Below are positions 28,455-44,900 of a stretch of 64,000 nt of DNA, piece after piece; positions within the stretch are counted from its first letter, which is position 1, and each line of letters starts with the position of its first letter. The stretch covers positions 744,001-808,000 of the forward strand of contig MCFH01000002.1 in the NCBI GenBank assembly GCA_002104945.1, read 5' to 3'. Position numbers and translations under genes: made by a program. The notes under the pieces are model-generated. The model did not search any database and was not told where the DNA came from. It saw only the letters and a program-made list of their open reading frames with translations. The stretch is from Piromyces finnis finn. Its lineage: Eukaryota; Fungi; Neocallimastigomycota.

Positions 28455-31400
28455 ATGAAAAGAAATTTCAATGGAATTAGTGATACTTCAAATAGAAAAA
28501 ATAAAAAAAAGGGTATAAATTAATTGTTATATTTTAGTTATTTTTTATTTTTATATTTAAAATATTAATTAAGTAAATAACTTAAATCTTAAATATTTAT
28601 TAAATTTTTAAAATTTAAAAATTAAGCAAAAAGAGACTCCCAATTAATCGCAACAGATTTGAACAATTCATGTATTTCTAATAATTATTGCTAAAATTTA
28701 ATGAATATTAAATATGTTTTTTAATCAGTATTTCTTTTTAACATGTACTATTTATAATTTAATAATAATAATGAAAATAATAATATAATAGTAATATCAG
28801 AAGCTCCCAGGAATGTGGATATTGTACAATTTGCTGAGGTTTGATATTTCTATTATTTTATTTTATATTTTTTAAAGAAATTATATATATATGTATGTAA
28901 ATATGATATGATAATGGATTTTTACATATATTTAATATATTGATTTAAAATAGGCACGTTCTTTTGAATTAAATGCAATTGAATCAGCTTTGAAAAATGC
29001 AACGTAACTATACATAAAAATATATTAAATAAAATTTAATTTTGGTATATAAAAAAAAATTTTAATTTCAATAAAGTGAAAACACAGGAAATCAGAGAGT
29101 TTTTCAAAGTCTTCCAAGACATTTACGTAGAAGAGCTGCAAGTCATAATATAAAAAGAATTCCATTAGAATTTCGTAAGAAGGCCTATTGGGAGGTATTT
29201 ATTATATATATAGTATAATTTATATTTATAATTTTTATTAAAATTTATAATTTTTTATAAGAGAAAAAATGATCCAAATCCAAAATTACCTCCACAGAAA
29301 CCAAAAAATAGAAAAGATAAAAGAAAATCTGGAACAATTGTTGATGAATATAATAGACGTTCATGTATATACATAATAATATGAAAATAATAAAAGAAAA
29401 AAAAAGTCTTTATATTAATATATTTAATATATATTTTTTAATATAGTAAATGTTAAGTGGTTAGAAACACATGTATGGCATAGTAAAAGAATGAAAATGG
29501 ACGAAAAATGGGGTTATAAGATTGTAAGTTAAATATATATATATTATATATATATTTCTTTTCCAAAATATAAATATATTAAATTTATGTTTCATTTATA
29601 TCAAAGGCGGAATACCCAAGGGAAAAGGGAAGAAAAATTATATACAAAGATGAAAAATGTACTTGTCTTTTGCATGATGCATCATATTATCAATGTGTAG
29701 AGATTAATGGTTCAGTTAATGATATAAAAAATATATTTAATACGATTATTGATTTATCTATACCATCTGTTACTAGTAATAGGTATAATAAATACTTAAT
29801 AAATAGTAAAAAAACAATAATATTAAATCCATTAATATTATTTATTCATATTTAATAGATATATTAAAGGAAATAAAATAGGTAGTACAAAAATTTACGA
29901 ATTTAAAAAATATCCATTTAATACAATTACTCCAGTAACATTCTTTTGGAAAGAAGTTGCAGAAGATAAATTGAATGATAAAAGAACAATGTGGTTATGG
30001 GTTCATCCCTCATCTTGTCAAGATGTATTGAAAGAAATAAATATAGCTAAAAATGAGTTGCACATTAATGAAGGTTTTTATTATATAATTAAGTAAAATC
30101 ACTGTATTATTAGTATAGTGTTTTTAATAAATCAATTTAAAACCAGTAAATATTAATTTAATTAGAGATGAAATAGTAATGTTCCAATTAGCAGGACCAC
30201 GCTCTCATGCAATATTACAAGAAACTTTAAGTCTTTGTAGTAGTACTGAAAATGAAGAAATAAACGAGAAAGCTCACAAGGTTATTTATTATACAAAATT
30301 TTAATTATTAAGAATAATTTTAAAAAAGGATATAATAATAAACTTAAAATATAAATATATTTTATTATAAAATAAGACTTGGGAAAATTTAAAATATTTA
30401 AGAACACCAGCCTCATTGCCAGCAGGTATTATTTTAGGATTAACGGTTTATGATCCAAGACTTAAAAGTTTTAGAAAAATGGAAAAAAGAAATAGTGAAA
30501 TTCCTGAACAAGATCAACAATTAATTAATGAAATATGCAATCATTGGCCAGAAAATGTTGCTAGATCAAATATTTGGAATAGTGAATTGAGAGAAAGTTT
30601 AAAAAATAATAAATGTACAGAAGATTCATTAAATAAACGTAGAAGTGATGTAATTATAATAAATTAGAATGTACAAACAGAAAAAAAAACTATACTTTTA
30701 TTTAGTGATACTTATTAAATTATTACAAATATATTTTTATAATAAAAGTCATTAGTTCCAGGTACTCCATTAGAACCGTTAAAAAGTGATTCAAGAATAC
30801 CAATCTTATTGGCTCAAAGAGGAGCTACAAACTACTTAATAAATACTGACAAACAATCGCAAGAATTACTTTATGGGTGGAATATTTATATTCCAAAAAG
30901 TTGGGCAATGGCTTTCTTCAAACCTTTAGTATTTGCGGGTGCTAGAGTCATTGGACTTAAAAATATTTATGAATTATATTTTGAATCATCAATTCCATGT
31001 TACCCATACGATTATATTGAAACAAAATCATATAATGAATATATAAAGGAAAAATCAAGTAAAGAAGAAGAAGAATATAATAAAAAACCTTTATCCAAAA
31101 GACCAAATTACCAAAAATTGGGTATTATGTCCCCATTTAAACCACCATTTGAGGCATATTTAAGTATAATAAAGCAGCAAAATCAAAAAAATGACACTTT
31201 GCCACTTTGGGTCATTAATACACCAAAATTAATAAAATTGATATTTGAAGAAATTAGTATAGAATCAAATTCTTTTGATAATTTACAAGAAAAATTCTAT
31301 TCCGAAATTGTTAATCAATATAAAGATCATGATATTGATATTAACAAAGATGTTATTCAACAAAATAATAGTCTAATTAATGGATTTATAAGGGTTTCCA

Positions 31401-31916
31401 TTGATATTCTAGGAAAAGGTGTAATTAATGATAATTCAATTATTTATCTCTCTTCAAAAAGTGAATATAATAAATGGTTGAACTCAAAAAAAAAGGATAA
31501 ACAAGAAAATTCAAGTATATATAATGTTGTAAGTTTCATAAAATCAGTATTTGTTTTTTTATTTTTTTTTTCGATAATAATAATAATAAATCTTTTTATT
31601 TTTTAAACTAAAATAATATGAAAGGGCGAATTTCCATCTTCAACACTTATTATCGGTTTTGTAACTACTGGCCATTATTCATTAAATAATGCTCATGCTA
31701 AAGCTATTGGTGCTTGTTCTGTAATTGGTTTAAAAGAAATGATTCAAAATAATAAAAGGTAAAATAAGAAAATATTATAATTATTATATATTTATTTCAA
31801 ATAATATTAATATTTATCATATTTTTAGCAATAATTATAAACATTCGACATTCGTATTGGTAAGGGATCCAAAGGGACAAGTTGTACGTCCAGCTGTATT
31901 AAGCTTAATATCATAA
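28455..31916 (+). CDS. POP1: RNase P/MRP protein subunit Pop1; many exons
   Basis: Spliced motifs IVQFAEARSFELNAIE, FQSLPRHLRRRAASHN, WLETHVWHSKRMKM..KWGY, LLHDASYY, FQLAGPRSHAIL, GIILGLTVYDPR, YGWNIYIPKSWAMAFFKPLVFAGARVIGL, C-terminal IIGFVTTGHYS and VLVRDP. Confidence 0.93.
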
Positions 31917-32339
31917 TAACCTAACATAGTATTTACGTACAAAAAAATTAATAAACATAGAGAATTAGAATTTATAGATATGACCTATTATTAATATTTT
32001 ATATTAAATTATTAAAAAATAAAAAAAGAAAAAAAAATTTTTTAATACTTATTTATCAATATTAATTTTATAATTACTATTCAATTATATATAAATTTAA
32101 ATAAAAATTAAAAATTAATATAAATAAAATTTTTTTATATATGTTATAACTTTTATACATTAATAAGTAATTTTTAATAATATTAATAAATTTAAAAATA
32201 AATTTATTAAAATGAGAATAAAATTTTAACTATTTATTGCTAATTATTAATATATCATTATATTTGAAATCAAGTGTATTAAAAACTATATCAAATAATA
32301 AATTTATAAAGTGTAATAAATAAAGGTTTAATATTAAAG

Positions 32340-35300
32340 ATGAATCATTTAGAATTAGAAAAAAAGGAAATATTAAATATATTGAATGGAATATTAAATG
32401 TTCCAGGTTCTTTCGGAATATTAAATAATTTAAAAAAAGAAAAGGCATTAAAAGATAAATTAGAAAAAGAATTTTCAGTAATATGGAAATTAGATAAAAA
32501 AGACACCTTAGATTCTTATCCACCACTTTTAGATTTATGTTTTAAACAATTAATTAAAGAAATTATTGTAAATATTTTTGAATATATTTTTTTTTCTTCA
32601 TAATTCATTTAACATAAATGCTATTAAATATCCTTATATTATAATTTATTATTATTGCTATTATTCCCATTATTATTAATTTCATTATTAATAAATTTAA
32701 TTATTATAGCAACCAATAGATAAAGATTTTATAAAACTTTATAATTGTTTGGATTTAGCTTTATATTGTACAGAAATAGGTAAAATAATGTTTATTATTA
32801 ACAAAAATAAATAATAATAAATGTTAATATATATATATTTAATAAATTAAAGGATATGCTGATCCAAGTTTACCATTCACCTTAATAGAAGATATATTAG
32901 AAGTTGTTATTATAGATGAAAGTGAAAAGATATTTGATTATTTAGAAGATAGAGTGGATAGATTGACTGTGGTATATATTTAATAAATGTTTTTTTTAAT
33001 AATCATTAAAGATAAATCAATAATATATATTATATATCATATTTATTTTTTTTTTTTTAAGAATATGCTCCCAACAAAGGGAAAAGGTTTAATATTGTTA
33101 AGATTTTGTAATGAATTACTCAGAAGAGTATCAAAAACAGAAAATACTGTTCTTTGTGGTAAAATTTTAATGTTTTTAGCTAGTGTATTCCCTTTGACAG
33201 AACGTTCAGGTATTTCTTTATATATATATATATATTTTAACATTTCGTAATGATAATTAAAAATAAAAATATATATAACATTGTTTTATTTTTAAGGTGT
33301 AAATTTAAGAGGAGATTTCGACTCTGATAATAAAACTGATTTTGAGAATAAAAAATCAATAGGAACAATTGATATTAATAGTGAAAGTGAATAAAGCAAT
33401 TTTTTTTTTTTTTTATAAATTATATAAGATATTATATTGAAAATAATTCTAAAAATATTGTATTTTTTTTATAAAGAATATTTTTATGAATTATTCTGGA
33501 ATACACAAAAGTATTTGAATTATCCATTATTAATATTCCAAAAAAAAGAATTTGATATTTTCGAAAAGGTATAAATAATTAATTATATTAATATTTTAAT
33601 AGTTTTATTTAAAATAGAATAAAAAAATTAAATTTTTTATTTTTATTTAAAAAAATATCCTAAAGTCGATAAATAAAATTTTATCAGAACTTAAGAAAAT
33701 TGATTCATTAGGTAGAAGAGATTCAGATGGTTTTAATAAACACAAAAAAACAAAAAGTTCTCACGAAAATAATACAGCAAATGAAGTTTTTAACTTTTTT
33801 TATTCAAAATATTTAACAGGAAAAAATATATTTGAATTGGAAGTAATTTTCAAAAAATATTATTTAATTAAAATATATTAAATATATTATTTATTAATTT
33901 TATTAAATTAATAGTTAAGTGATCCTTATTTTAGAAAGCAAATACTTGTTCAAATATTTATCGTACTTCAATTTCTTAGCTCACTATCACCGAAAGAAAA
34001 ACAAAATATGCAAAATCATTTAACAAAAATGGGAAAGCAAATAATTCAAAATAAATCTATTCAATATCAATACACATTGACTGATGAACAAGTAAATCTT
34101 TTTTATTATATGTAATAAAGAATATTGAAAGTATAATAAATAAATAATAGAAAATTATATAAATAAAATGTTTTAATTTAATTTATATATGTATTATAGG
34201 TTAAATGGGTAAAAAATTCCAAAGATTTAGTTCAAAATTTATTAGAAGTTATTGAACCAGGGGGTCATGGGTTTATCAAAACAATTAAATATATTCTTAA
34301 ACATGAAAAAAATATGGTATTCTCGAAGTATTTATAGTAGATATAATATAATATATATTTATATTCTCTCTCTCTTTTTTTTTTTTTTTGTTATAGGTAA
34401 AATGGAAAGCTGAATCATGCAAGTCATATGAAAAGCAAGCTGCTCAACTTCAAAATAAAATGAAACGTCAAAAGACAACTGTAAGATATTTAAAATAATA
34501 TAAATTATGTGTTTTTTATATTAATATGAAAAATTATTTTATTATAAATTATAGAATATACCCATACCACAATTTAATTCTGATATAAGTAATCCAGTTT
34601 TAAAAGCCTTATTTAAAGAATCAACAGAAAATGATTTAACATCGTTGTCTGATGCAAGCAGGTATAATTTATTATACATACTATAATATAGTATAATATA
34701 ATATAAATTTTTAAAAGTTATTAATTGGTTGAAAATATAAGAAATGTTGTACCAACAATAGAGAATTATTTAGAACCATTGAAGGATGATATAGAATTTG
34801 AAATTGATCCTCAAGATAGATGTACTGCTAATTCGGTAAAATTATATATTAGTATAAATATAATTTTATGACATTCTTAATAATAATTAAATACAATAAA
34901 AATAGGAGTTTTGTTGGAAAGCATTAAGAATTGCTAGTAAACATCATTTAAACATTATACAAAAATGCGGAAAAGTTGATGTAGAATCATTTTATACTCA
35001 GTTAATGAAAGAAAAAGAGCAAAGTAATTATTTTTATAATAAAAGAAATATAAATATTAATATATTTTATGTTTAGTAATAAATATGTTGTTAAAATTTT
35101 TATTTTCTAATATTTTTGATTAAATTCAGGTAATAAACAAAATACAATCAATAATAAAAATGAAAAAAGCAATACAGAATTAAAGGATGATGGAAATGAA
35201 GTTGAAAATGAAGATATTGACAATTCAGTTAATGAAAATAATAGCAAAGAGTTGGGATTAGAAAGTTCTATAAACGAAACTAGTGAAAAAGGAATGGAAA

Positions 35301-35455
35301 TTGAATCTGAAACAGTAGAAAACAGTGTAAATACATTTGATTCAAATAATGATAGTAAAAATGATGAAAAAAATGAGAATAGTCTTTCTATTTCTGAAAG
35401 TAATGATATATCAAATGATGAATCTAATAACAATAATAGTATCAATAAAAAATAA
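32340..35455 (+). CDS. THOC1: THO complex subunit 1 (Hpr1/THOC1 family); many short exons
   Basis: Motifs [133 protein letters not shown]. Confidence 0.9.
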
Positions 35456-35965
35456 TAAATTATATATGAAGGAAATATAATAAATAATAGAAATTAATTA
35501 TATCTTGTTTATTGTATATATTTTTATAATATATAAATTAAAAAATGTTTTTAAAAAAAATATGGGAGCAATTCCAACAATTTTATAATAAATATATAAA
35601 ATAAAATAAAAAAATAATAAAATTTTATTTATTAAATACACAAAGTATAATTAATATAAAATTTCATTATAGATTAATGATAAATGTTTTATTAACTTTA
35701 AATATTATAATTTTTGATTTTGAATTTTTGATTTTTGTTTTTATTATATATTTTTTTTTTAAAAACTTTGTTTAAATATGTTAAATAATTTTAATATATT
35801 TTTTATTATCTTTTAGTTATATATTTAATTATTATTTGTTAAAATTGATGTTATTACTTTTCCCCACTAATTAAGTACTTAAATTTTTTTTAATAGTATT
35901 TTTTTAAGGAAACATTTTATTATGAATTTATAATAGTAATTAAAGAAAAGAATTAATAAATATCT

Positions 35966-38900
35966 ATGTCAATTCCAAATAAACGATATAATTTTTTTGG
36001 TTTAAATAAAATCTTTATACCCAGAAATGCTGAAAATAAACTATTATATTCAACTATATCAGGCTCAAATGATTGTTCGGAACAAAATCTAATAAAAAAA
36101 AGGAGTTCAGTAGCAATTAGTAAAAAGAGAAAAGAGGCTCCAAAAAAAGCATTTTATCCAAAAGCCCTTGTTAAGTATAATTATAAGAAAGAATATGAAG
36201 AAAAAAAAAACATAATAATACATCCAAAAGAAGCATTTACTGAAAGTTCAACAGAAGAAAATAAACAATGTACAGAATCTTGTGATTCTTTATATAATAA
36301 TATACATAATCTTTTATTACCAGAGAAGTCTTTCAAATTACCATCTAAAAAAAAATTTGACTTGTCAGTTCAACCAAAAGTTTTTGTTCAATATATTCCA
36401 ATAAAAGGAGCAATACCAAGAAAAATAGTTATAGAAAGAACTAAGAAAAAGTATGCAAGTTATAATATTGGTGATTTATTTCGTCAAAATAATATCACAC
36501 CTGAAGATTTATATAGTTTATTATTCCCAAATGATAATACTATTAAATCAGAAAAAATAATTAAATCAAAATATATCAATTCATTAAAAATTCCACTAGA
36601 ATACTTTGATAATAGTGAATATGAATCAAGAACGACAGAAGAATGGTTAAATATAGATAAAAAGCCTATAAATATTCCAAACTCAAAAGATGATACAATC
36701 CTTTTTGCATCAATCCCTCTACCAGCTGTGGCTTTTGATTATCCAGAATGGCGCGATTGTTATGTTATTGGATATAATTATGAAACAGATATGTGGAATA
36801 TTAAATGGAAAGAAACTTCATCATGGTATGTAGAAGAAAATATTAATAATGAAGATGAAGAAAATGAGGAATATATAATTGATTCAATGTTAGAGAATGG
36901 TCCTAAAACAAATAATTCTATAACTATTGAAGAGAAAGATAGTAAAAATGTTGAAAGTAAAAACAATATTTCAGATGATGTGTCTAAAATACAAGATAAT
37001 GAAAAGCATAATTTTATTCCAATTTCAAGGTAAAAAATTTAAAAAAATAATAATTATAAATTAGAATTTATTATGATAATATTCAAACTTAAAAATAAAT
37101 CATTTTTATATTAGATTAAGATTTTGTTTTAAAGCTGAAGATCCCCAAAAATTTGTTCAAAGAGTAATGAATGCAATAAAAGAAAAAGAAAAAGCAAAAA
37201 AAATAATTGTACGTTACGTTTAGTTAAATCTATATAATATTATAATAAATTATTATATTAATATTAATAGAGTATTTTTTAATAAAAATCATATATTTTA
37301 TATATATCATTAACAAAAGACATACAACTTCTATATAGATTGCTTATCAACTGAAAATTCACAATCAATCCCTAACGAAATGTTACAGAATATTACTGAG
37401 TATATTTATAGAAATAAATCAATATCAAAAAATGCATATAGTAAAAATTTAATTAGTGAATTAGAAAAAGAAATAAATATAGATTTCGAGAGATCGAATA
37501 ACAAAATAATATTTGACATAGGGGTATAATAGACGTTTATATATCAATTTTAAAAAAATAATAATTAAAGAAAATGGTTTATATTAATAAATAAATTTTT
37601 AAAATAAAAATTATTTATTTTATCAATAATTAGATAAAAAATAAAGAATTTAAAAATATTTTAGATACTATCGAATTTCCAGAAAAAACAAAATATGATG
37701 ATCCAAAAGAGTAATATAAATATATATTAATAAATAAAATAAAAAAAAGCATTATAGTTAATATTAATAATAAAACTACTATTTAGATATGGAAGACTTT
37801 ATATTCCAAATTCTGAATTCCTAAAAAATAAAAACGATTTTTCATTTACTACATATTTAACTAAAAATGAAATTATTGATTCATTCATAAATATAAAAAG
37901 CGAATGTAATAAATTATTGAATCACAGCTGTTTTTTAATGCCGAATACTAATAAAACTGTCAAAGTTGAAGAATTTGAACAAATCCAAATTCAATCCTTT
38001 AGTTCTATTAAGTCATCAGCTATAGAAAGGTATAAACTAATTTTTATTATAATTTAATTAATTAATTAATTATTATTATTATTATTATTATTGTTATTAG
38101 TAATAGTAGTAGTATATTTATTTTTAGTAAATATTTTAATAAATGCTATTATATTTTTTATAATTTGCTCATATATTTTTAATTAAAAAAATTTATTAAT
38201 TCGAATAAAATAAAAAAGATGGTACAATGAAATAAAAAATATAATCACTTATAATTTTAGAAATAATGAAAGAGGATGGTACAATATATATGAAACAAAT
38301 ATTGAAGTTTATAATATATCAAAATTTAAAAAATTTATGAATACTGTACGGTTTAAAATGCAAGATACATTAAGGTTTTTAATTTTAAACTCGTTAGATC
38401 AATATATAGATTTTTTCTCTGTTTTGGATCATTATTCTATTGATATAATTTCAACTAACAAAGTAAAATTAATTCCTTTTGACAAAAATAATAAATGTTT
38501 AAATATAATAACAAAGCCCATATTTAATATAGATCTAGTTAGTAAAAATGGAACTATATCTTATAACATTAGTAAAAATGATATTATTAAAATTATAATA
38601 AGATTATTTGATAAATCTTTATCAGTAATTGAAAAGATTCCACAAATGGAAAATTCTATATTAAAAAATCTTGTATGGTCATCAGTAGAGTTCTTAGACA
38701 CTGTGGGAAGTACAGAAAAAGTAGTTAAGTTAAAAAGATTATTATTACAGGAAAAGATTAATAAAACAATTCAACCATTAGAAACATATATAAAACTTTA
38801 TGAAAAATTCATTCCATTACTAAATTTTGATGTTAAAAAATTTAAAGATGAGTATGAAGCTAATGAAAATAAAACATTAGAAGAAATTGAGTTAGATATT

Positions 38901-41900
38901 CTACATTTTAAAAAAGAATGGGAAATTGTAGAAAGTAGCATTCCATCTTCTATTGATATTGGAATTTTCCGTTTAAATTGTGAAAATATAAAAACATCAT
39001 TAAAAAAGGATCTTTCAAAAATCGTTCTTTCAATTTTAAATAATAAAACAGCTAATGAAGTTCAAACCATAGGGCAAGAATATAGTCATATAATTCAAAG
39101 ATTAAAAGAAAAACCATTAAAAATAGAGGATATATGTGAAACCCGTGAATATATTGATTCCCTTCCAGATATTATAAATGAGGAAATTGAAAAATTTCAA
39201 AAAGTTGTAAGTAATTACGATATTTTAGAAAAATACAAATATGAATTAACAACAGATGAGTTTAAATTAAGATGGAATGTTATGGCTTGGCCAAATAAAA
39301 TTTATGATATGATTAATAATACTAAAGAGATATTGTTTATTGAAGAGCAAACATTTTATAAAAATTTACAAAGTGATCAGGAACAGTTTACCGAACGTAT
39401 TCAGAGATTAGGAGGCTTAATATCTGAAATAATTGTAGTTAATGATATTACAAGAATTAATGAATTCATTTCGGATATTCACAAAGCAACAAAAGAATTG
39501 AAGGAATGTCAATCGCAAGCATCTATTTTTAACTCTAGAGAAGCCTTGTTAAATATACAACCAACTAATTATGATGATATTAATCACTTAGCAACTAATT
39601 TTGAACCATATAAGAATTTATGGATTACTGCTTATGATTGGTCTAAATGGAAGAATCAATGGATGAATGGGCCATTCTGCGAATTACAATCAGATAGCAT
39701 TGAAAAAGACGTTGGAAATTCGTGGAGAACAATGTTAAAATTAATAAAAACTTTTAAGAATATGGATGATAAATTAAAAATAGCAACAAAAATTAAAGAA
39801 GAAATTGAAGATTTTAAACCTTATTTGCCGTTAATTCAATCATTAAGAAATCCAGGTGTATCTGAAAGACACTGGGAAGAAATTTCTAAGGAACTTAATA
39901 TGAAGATTAATATATCTGAAACAACGACTCTTCAAGATTTATTGAATTATAATTTATTAGATAAACTACCAGAGATTACTAAAGTTTGTGATTCTGCCAG
40001 TAAAGAATATGCTATTCAAGAAGCACTAGAAAAAATGAAGAGTGAATGGAAAGACCAAACTCTTGATATATTATCATATAAAGATTCTGGAACATTCATT
40101 GTTCATATCAATGAAGAAACATTAAGATTATTAGATGATCATATTGTTATGACACAATCAATGAGTTTTTCACCTTATAAAAAGCCATTCGAAGAAGAAA
40201 TAACAGATTGGGAAGTAAAATTAAAGACAATTCAAGAGGTACTAGAAGAATGGATGACATGTCAACGTTCCTGGTTATATTTAGAGCCAATTTTCAATTC
40301 GGACGATATCATTCAACAATTACCTTCTGAAAGCAAAAGGTTCAGAACCATGGATAGAATATGGAGAAAAAATATGCTTCACGGAAAAGAAAATCCCGTT
40401 ATTATTGAATTCTGTTCAAATTCTAATCTATTAAAATCTTTTATTGAATGTAATAAATTATTAGATATGGTATCAAAACATCTTTCTACTTACTTAGAAA
40501 GCAAACGTTATGCTTTTCCAAGATTTTTTTTCTTATCAGATGATGAATTACTACAAATTTTATCACAAACTAAAGATCCTACAGCCGTTCAACCACACTT
40601 ACGAAAATGTTTCGAAAATATTATGCGATTGGAATTTGGTGAGAATAATTTAATTTCAGCTATGTATTCTGCTGAAAATGAATGTATTAATTTTAATGAG
40701 TCTTTTATTCCAAAAGGAAATATTGAAGATTGGTTATCTAAAGTGGAACAAACTATGAAAAGTAGTATTAAAGAAGTTATTTCTAATGGATTAAATGAAT
40801 ATTCTACTATTCCAAGATATCAATGGGTATTAAATTGGCCTGGTCAAGTTGTTATTACAGTTACACAAATTATGTTTACGGCAGAAGTTACAGAAGTGCT
40901 TGATACAGAAGGAGCCAAAGGATTACCAATCTATTTACAAAAATTATTGGATCAACTCCAAGATTTGGTTAAACTAGTTCGTGGAAATTTATCATATATA
41001 TCAAGACTAATTCTTAGTGATTTAATTATTATGGATGTTCATTCAAGAGATATTGTAAAAACAATGATAGAATCTCAAGTATGTAATACTAATGATTTTG
41101 AATGGATTAGCCAATTAAGATATTATTGGGAAGATAACGACCTTAAAGTCAGAATTGTAAATGCAGAATTTAATTATGGTTATGAATATCTTGGTAATAC
41201 TGGAAGATTAGTTATAACACCATTAACAGATAGATGCTATTTAACTCTTTGTGGTGCTATGCATTTAGGAATGGGTGGTGCTCCAGCAGGTCCAGCAGGT
41301 ACTGGAAAAACAGAAACTTGTAAGGATCTTGCAAAAGCTCTTGCTAAACAATGTGTCGTTTTTAATTGTTCTGATCAATTAGACTATTTAGCCATGGGTA
41401 AATTCTTTAAGGGTTTGGCTAGTGCTGGTGCATGGGCATGCTTTGATGAATTTAATAGAATTGATATTGAAGTTTTATCTGTCATTGCTCAGCAAATTTC
41501 AACAATACAAAAAGCTGCAGCTGCTAACTTAAAGGAATTTATATTTGAAGGTGTTGAATTAAAATTAGATAAAACAAATGCAATATTTATTACTATGAAC
41601 CCAGGTTATGCAGGACGTACTGAGCTTCCAGATAACTTAAAAGCATTATTTAGACCAGTAGTATGTTGAAAAAATATAATATTCCATATAATCATTCATG
41701 TTTATGTTAATAATATAATTTTATATTTTTTATAAATATAATTATCATGTTATAGGCTATGATGATTCCTGATTATACTATGATTGCAGAAATTAGTTTA
41801 TTCTCATTTGGATTTTCAGATGCAAGGGTATTAGCAGAAAAAATGGTTGCAACATTTAAATTATCTTCAGAACAATTATCATCTCAAGATCACTACGATT

Positions 41901-44900
41901 TCGGTATGCGTGCAGTTAAAACTGTAATATCAAGTGCGGGTAATTTAAAAAGAAGTGATCCAAATACACCAGAAGCTATACTTTTATTAAGATCACTATG
42001 TGATGTTAATATTCCAAAATTTGTTGCTGATGATATTCCACTTTTTAATGGTATTATATCAGATCTTTTTCCAGGTATTGAAAAACCAAAAATTGATTAT
42101 GGATCATTATTGGATTCTATTAGAAGTAGTTGTATAAAAAATAATATTCAGGATGTTAATGTATTCATTGAAAAATGTATTCAATTATATGAAACTACAG
42201 TTGTAAGACATGGTCTGATGTTAGTAGGACCAACAGGAGGTGGTAAAACTACTTGTTATAGAATTTTATCAGAAGCTTTAACTACTCTTAGTAATAATCC
42301 AATTAAAAAAACAAAGGATATGAAATATTGTGCTATAAAAACACATATCCTTAATCCTAAATCTATAACCATGGGTCAATTATATGGTGAATTTGATCTC
42401 CAAACACATGAATGGACTGATGGAATATTATCTTACCTAGTAAGACAAGGTGTTGCAGATTCATCTAATGATAAGCATTGGTATATATTTGATGGACCAG
42501 TAGATGCTATATGGATTGAAAGTATGAATACTGTATTAGATGATAATAAAAAATTATGCTTAAGTAGTGGTGAAATCATTAAATTGAATCCTACTCAACT
42601 TCTCATATTTGAGGTTGAAGACTTGGCATTCGCATCACCTGCTACAGTTTCAAGATGTGGTATGATTTATATGGAACCAGTATCTCTTGGTGTAGAACCT
42701 CTTATTAACTCATGGATTATAGAAGAGATTAATCAACTTCCAGAAGCATATAAATCTTCATTTGAAAATAGAATAAGATTCCTTTTTACTACCTTTGTTA
42801 GTGAAGCATTAGAATTTATAAGAAATAACATTAAAGAAGCTATTCCAACTTCTAATGGAAATTTAGTTCAAAGTTTAACTAGAATTATTCATTCTATGAT
42901 ATTCGAGTTTATGAAATTCAATGAAGAAAATATCGCATCTCAAGTAGTTATAAATAATTTCAAAGATGAAATTGATCCAATTTTCCTTTATAGTTTGATA
43001 TGGTCAGTCGGTGTAACCTCAGACATGGAAAGTAGGAAAAAATTTGATGTTTGGTTAAAAAAAAAAATATGTAACATTGAGTTATTTAATAAATTACCAC
43101 AAGAAGAAATGATTTATGATTACAAATATGACTTTAATGAACGTAAATGGATCAATTGGCTAGAAAAAGCACCAGAATTTGTAGTTCCTTTAACGATAGA
43201 AGAATTAAAAAATACTATTATTCCAACTATTGATACTATTAGAATTTCTTATTTATTAGAAATTTTGAAAAAACAAAATTATAACATACTTTGTACTGGC
43301 CCAACGGGTACAGGAAAAACATCTATTATTATGGAAAAATTACTTAAAAATGATAATGATAAAAATATGCCTATAATTATAAACTTCTCGGCTAGAACCA
43401 ATGCAAATCAAATTCAAGATTTATTAGATTCAAAAATGGAAAAAAGAAGAAAAGGTATATATGGACCACCTATTGGTAAAAAATATGTAATTTTCATTGA
43501 TGATTTGAACATGCCAATGTTGGATGTATGTAATGCTCAACCACCAATTGAATTAATCAGGCAATGGATGGACCATAATGGTTGGTATGATCTAAAGTCT
43601 GTAGGTAGTTTTATGAATATTAAAGATATAAGTTTCATCTGTGCAATGGGGCCACCGGGTGGTGGTAGAAATCCAGTAACCCCAAGATTGACTCGACATT
43701 TTAACCTTATTTCATTTACAGAAATGGAAAATACTAGTTTGAATAAGATTTTTAATACTGTTTTAAATAGTTTCTTAGGAAAATTTTCACAAGAACTCTC
43801 AGTACTCTCTGATAATATTGTAAATGCTTCTATTCATGTTTATAATACTATTAGAAATGAATTATTACCAACTCCAGCAAAATCGCATTATACATTTAAT
43901 CTCCGTGATTTATCAAAAGTTATTCATGGTTTATTAAATCTTGATACAAAAACAACTATGACAAATGATGATATATACCGTCTTTGGATTCATGAATGTC
44001 TTCGTGTTTTTCAAGATAGATTAGTAAATGAAGAAGACAGAAGTTGGTTCAACGAATTAATTAAAACAACAACTTCTACATTTTATAACATGAATTATGA
44101 AGAAATAGTTAAAAATGAACCATTAATATATGGAGATTATTTAATTCCAAACGCTGAAGTTAAAGTATATACAGAAGTAAAAGATATAAATAAATTAGGA
44201 AAACTGATGGAAGAATATTTGGAAGAATATAATAATCTATCAAATAGCCCAATAAAATTAGTTATGTTCTTAGATGCCATAGAACATGTTTCTAGAATTT
44301 GTAGAATTATTCGACAAACACGTGGAAATGCACTTTTACTTGGTATTGGTGGTAGTGGTAGACAATCTTTATCACGTTTGGCTTCCTTTATGGAAGAATA
44401 TGATATATTCCAAATTGAACTTTCTAAGAACTACGGTCTAAATGAATGGCATGATGATATTAAAAAGGTTATGATGCAAGCTGGTCTTGAAAGCAAAAAC
44501 ACAGTATTCCTCTTCTCAGATACACAAATTGTAATGGAATCCTGTCTCGAAGATATAAATAACATGTTAAATACAGGTGATGTTCCAATGATTTATTCAA
44601 TAGATGAGATGGAAAATATCCTTAATACGTATAAACAAAAAGTAATTGAAGCAGGAGAAGTTCCAACTCGTGAAAATATATTTTCAAAATATGTTAATAA
44701 TGTACAAAATCATCTTCATATTATTCTATGTATGAGCCCAATTGGTGAAGTATTTAGAAATCGCTTAAGAATGTTCCCATCTTTTGTAAACTGTTCAACA
44801 ATTGATTGGTTCTCTATGTGGCCAGAAGATGCTCTTCGCTCAGTAGCCATTAATACTATTGCTGATATTTCGGATTTAGGTTCAGAAGATGTTATTGATG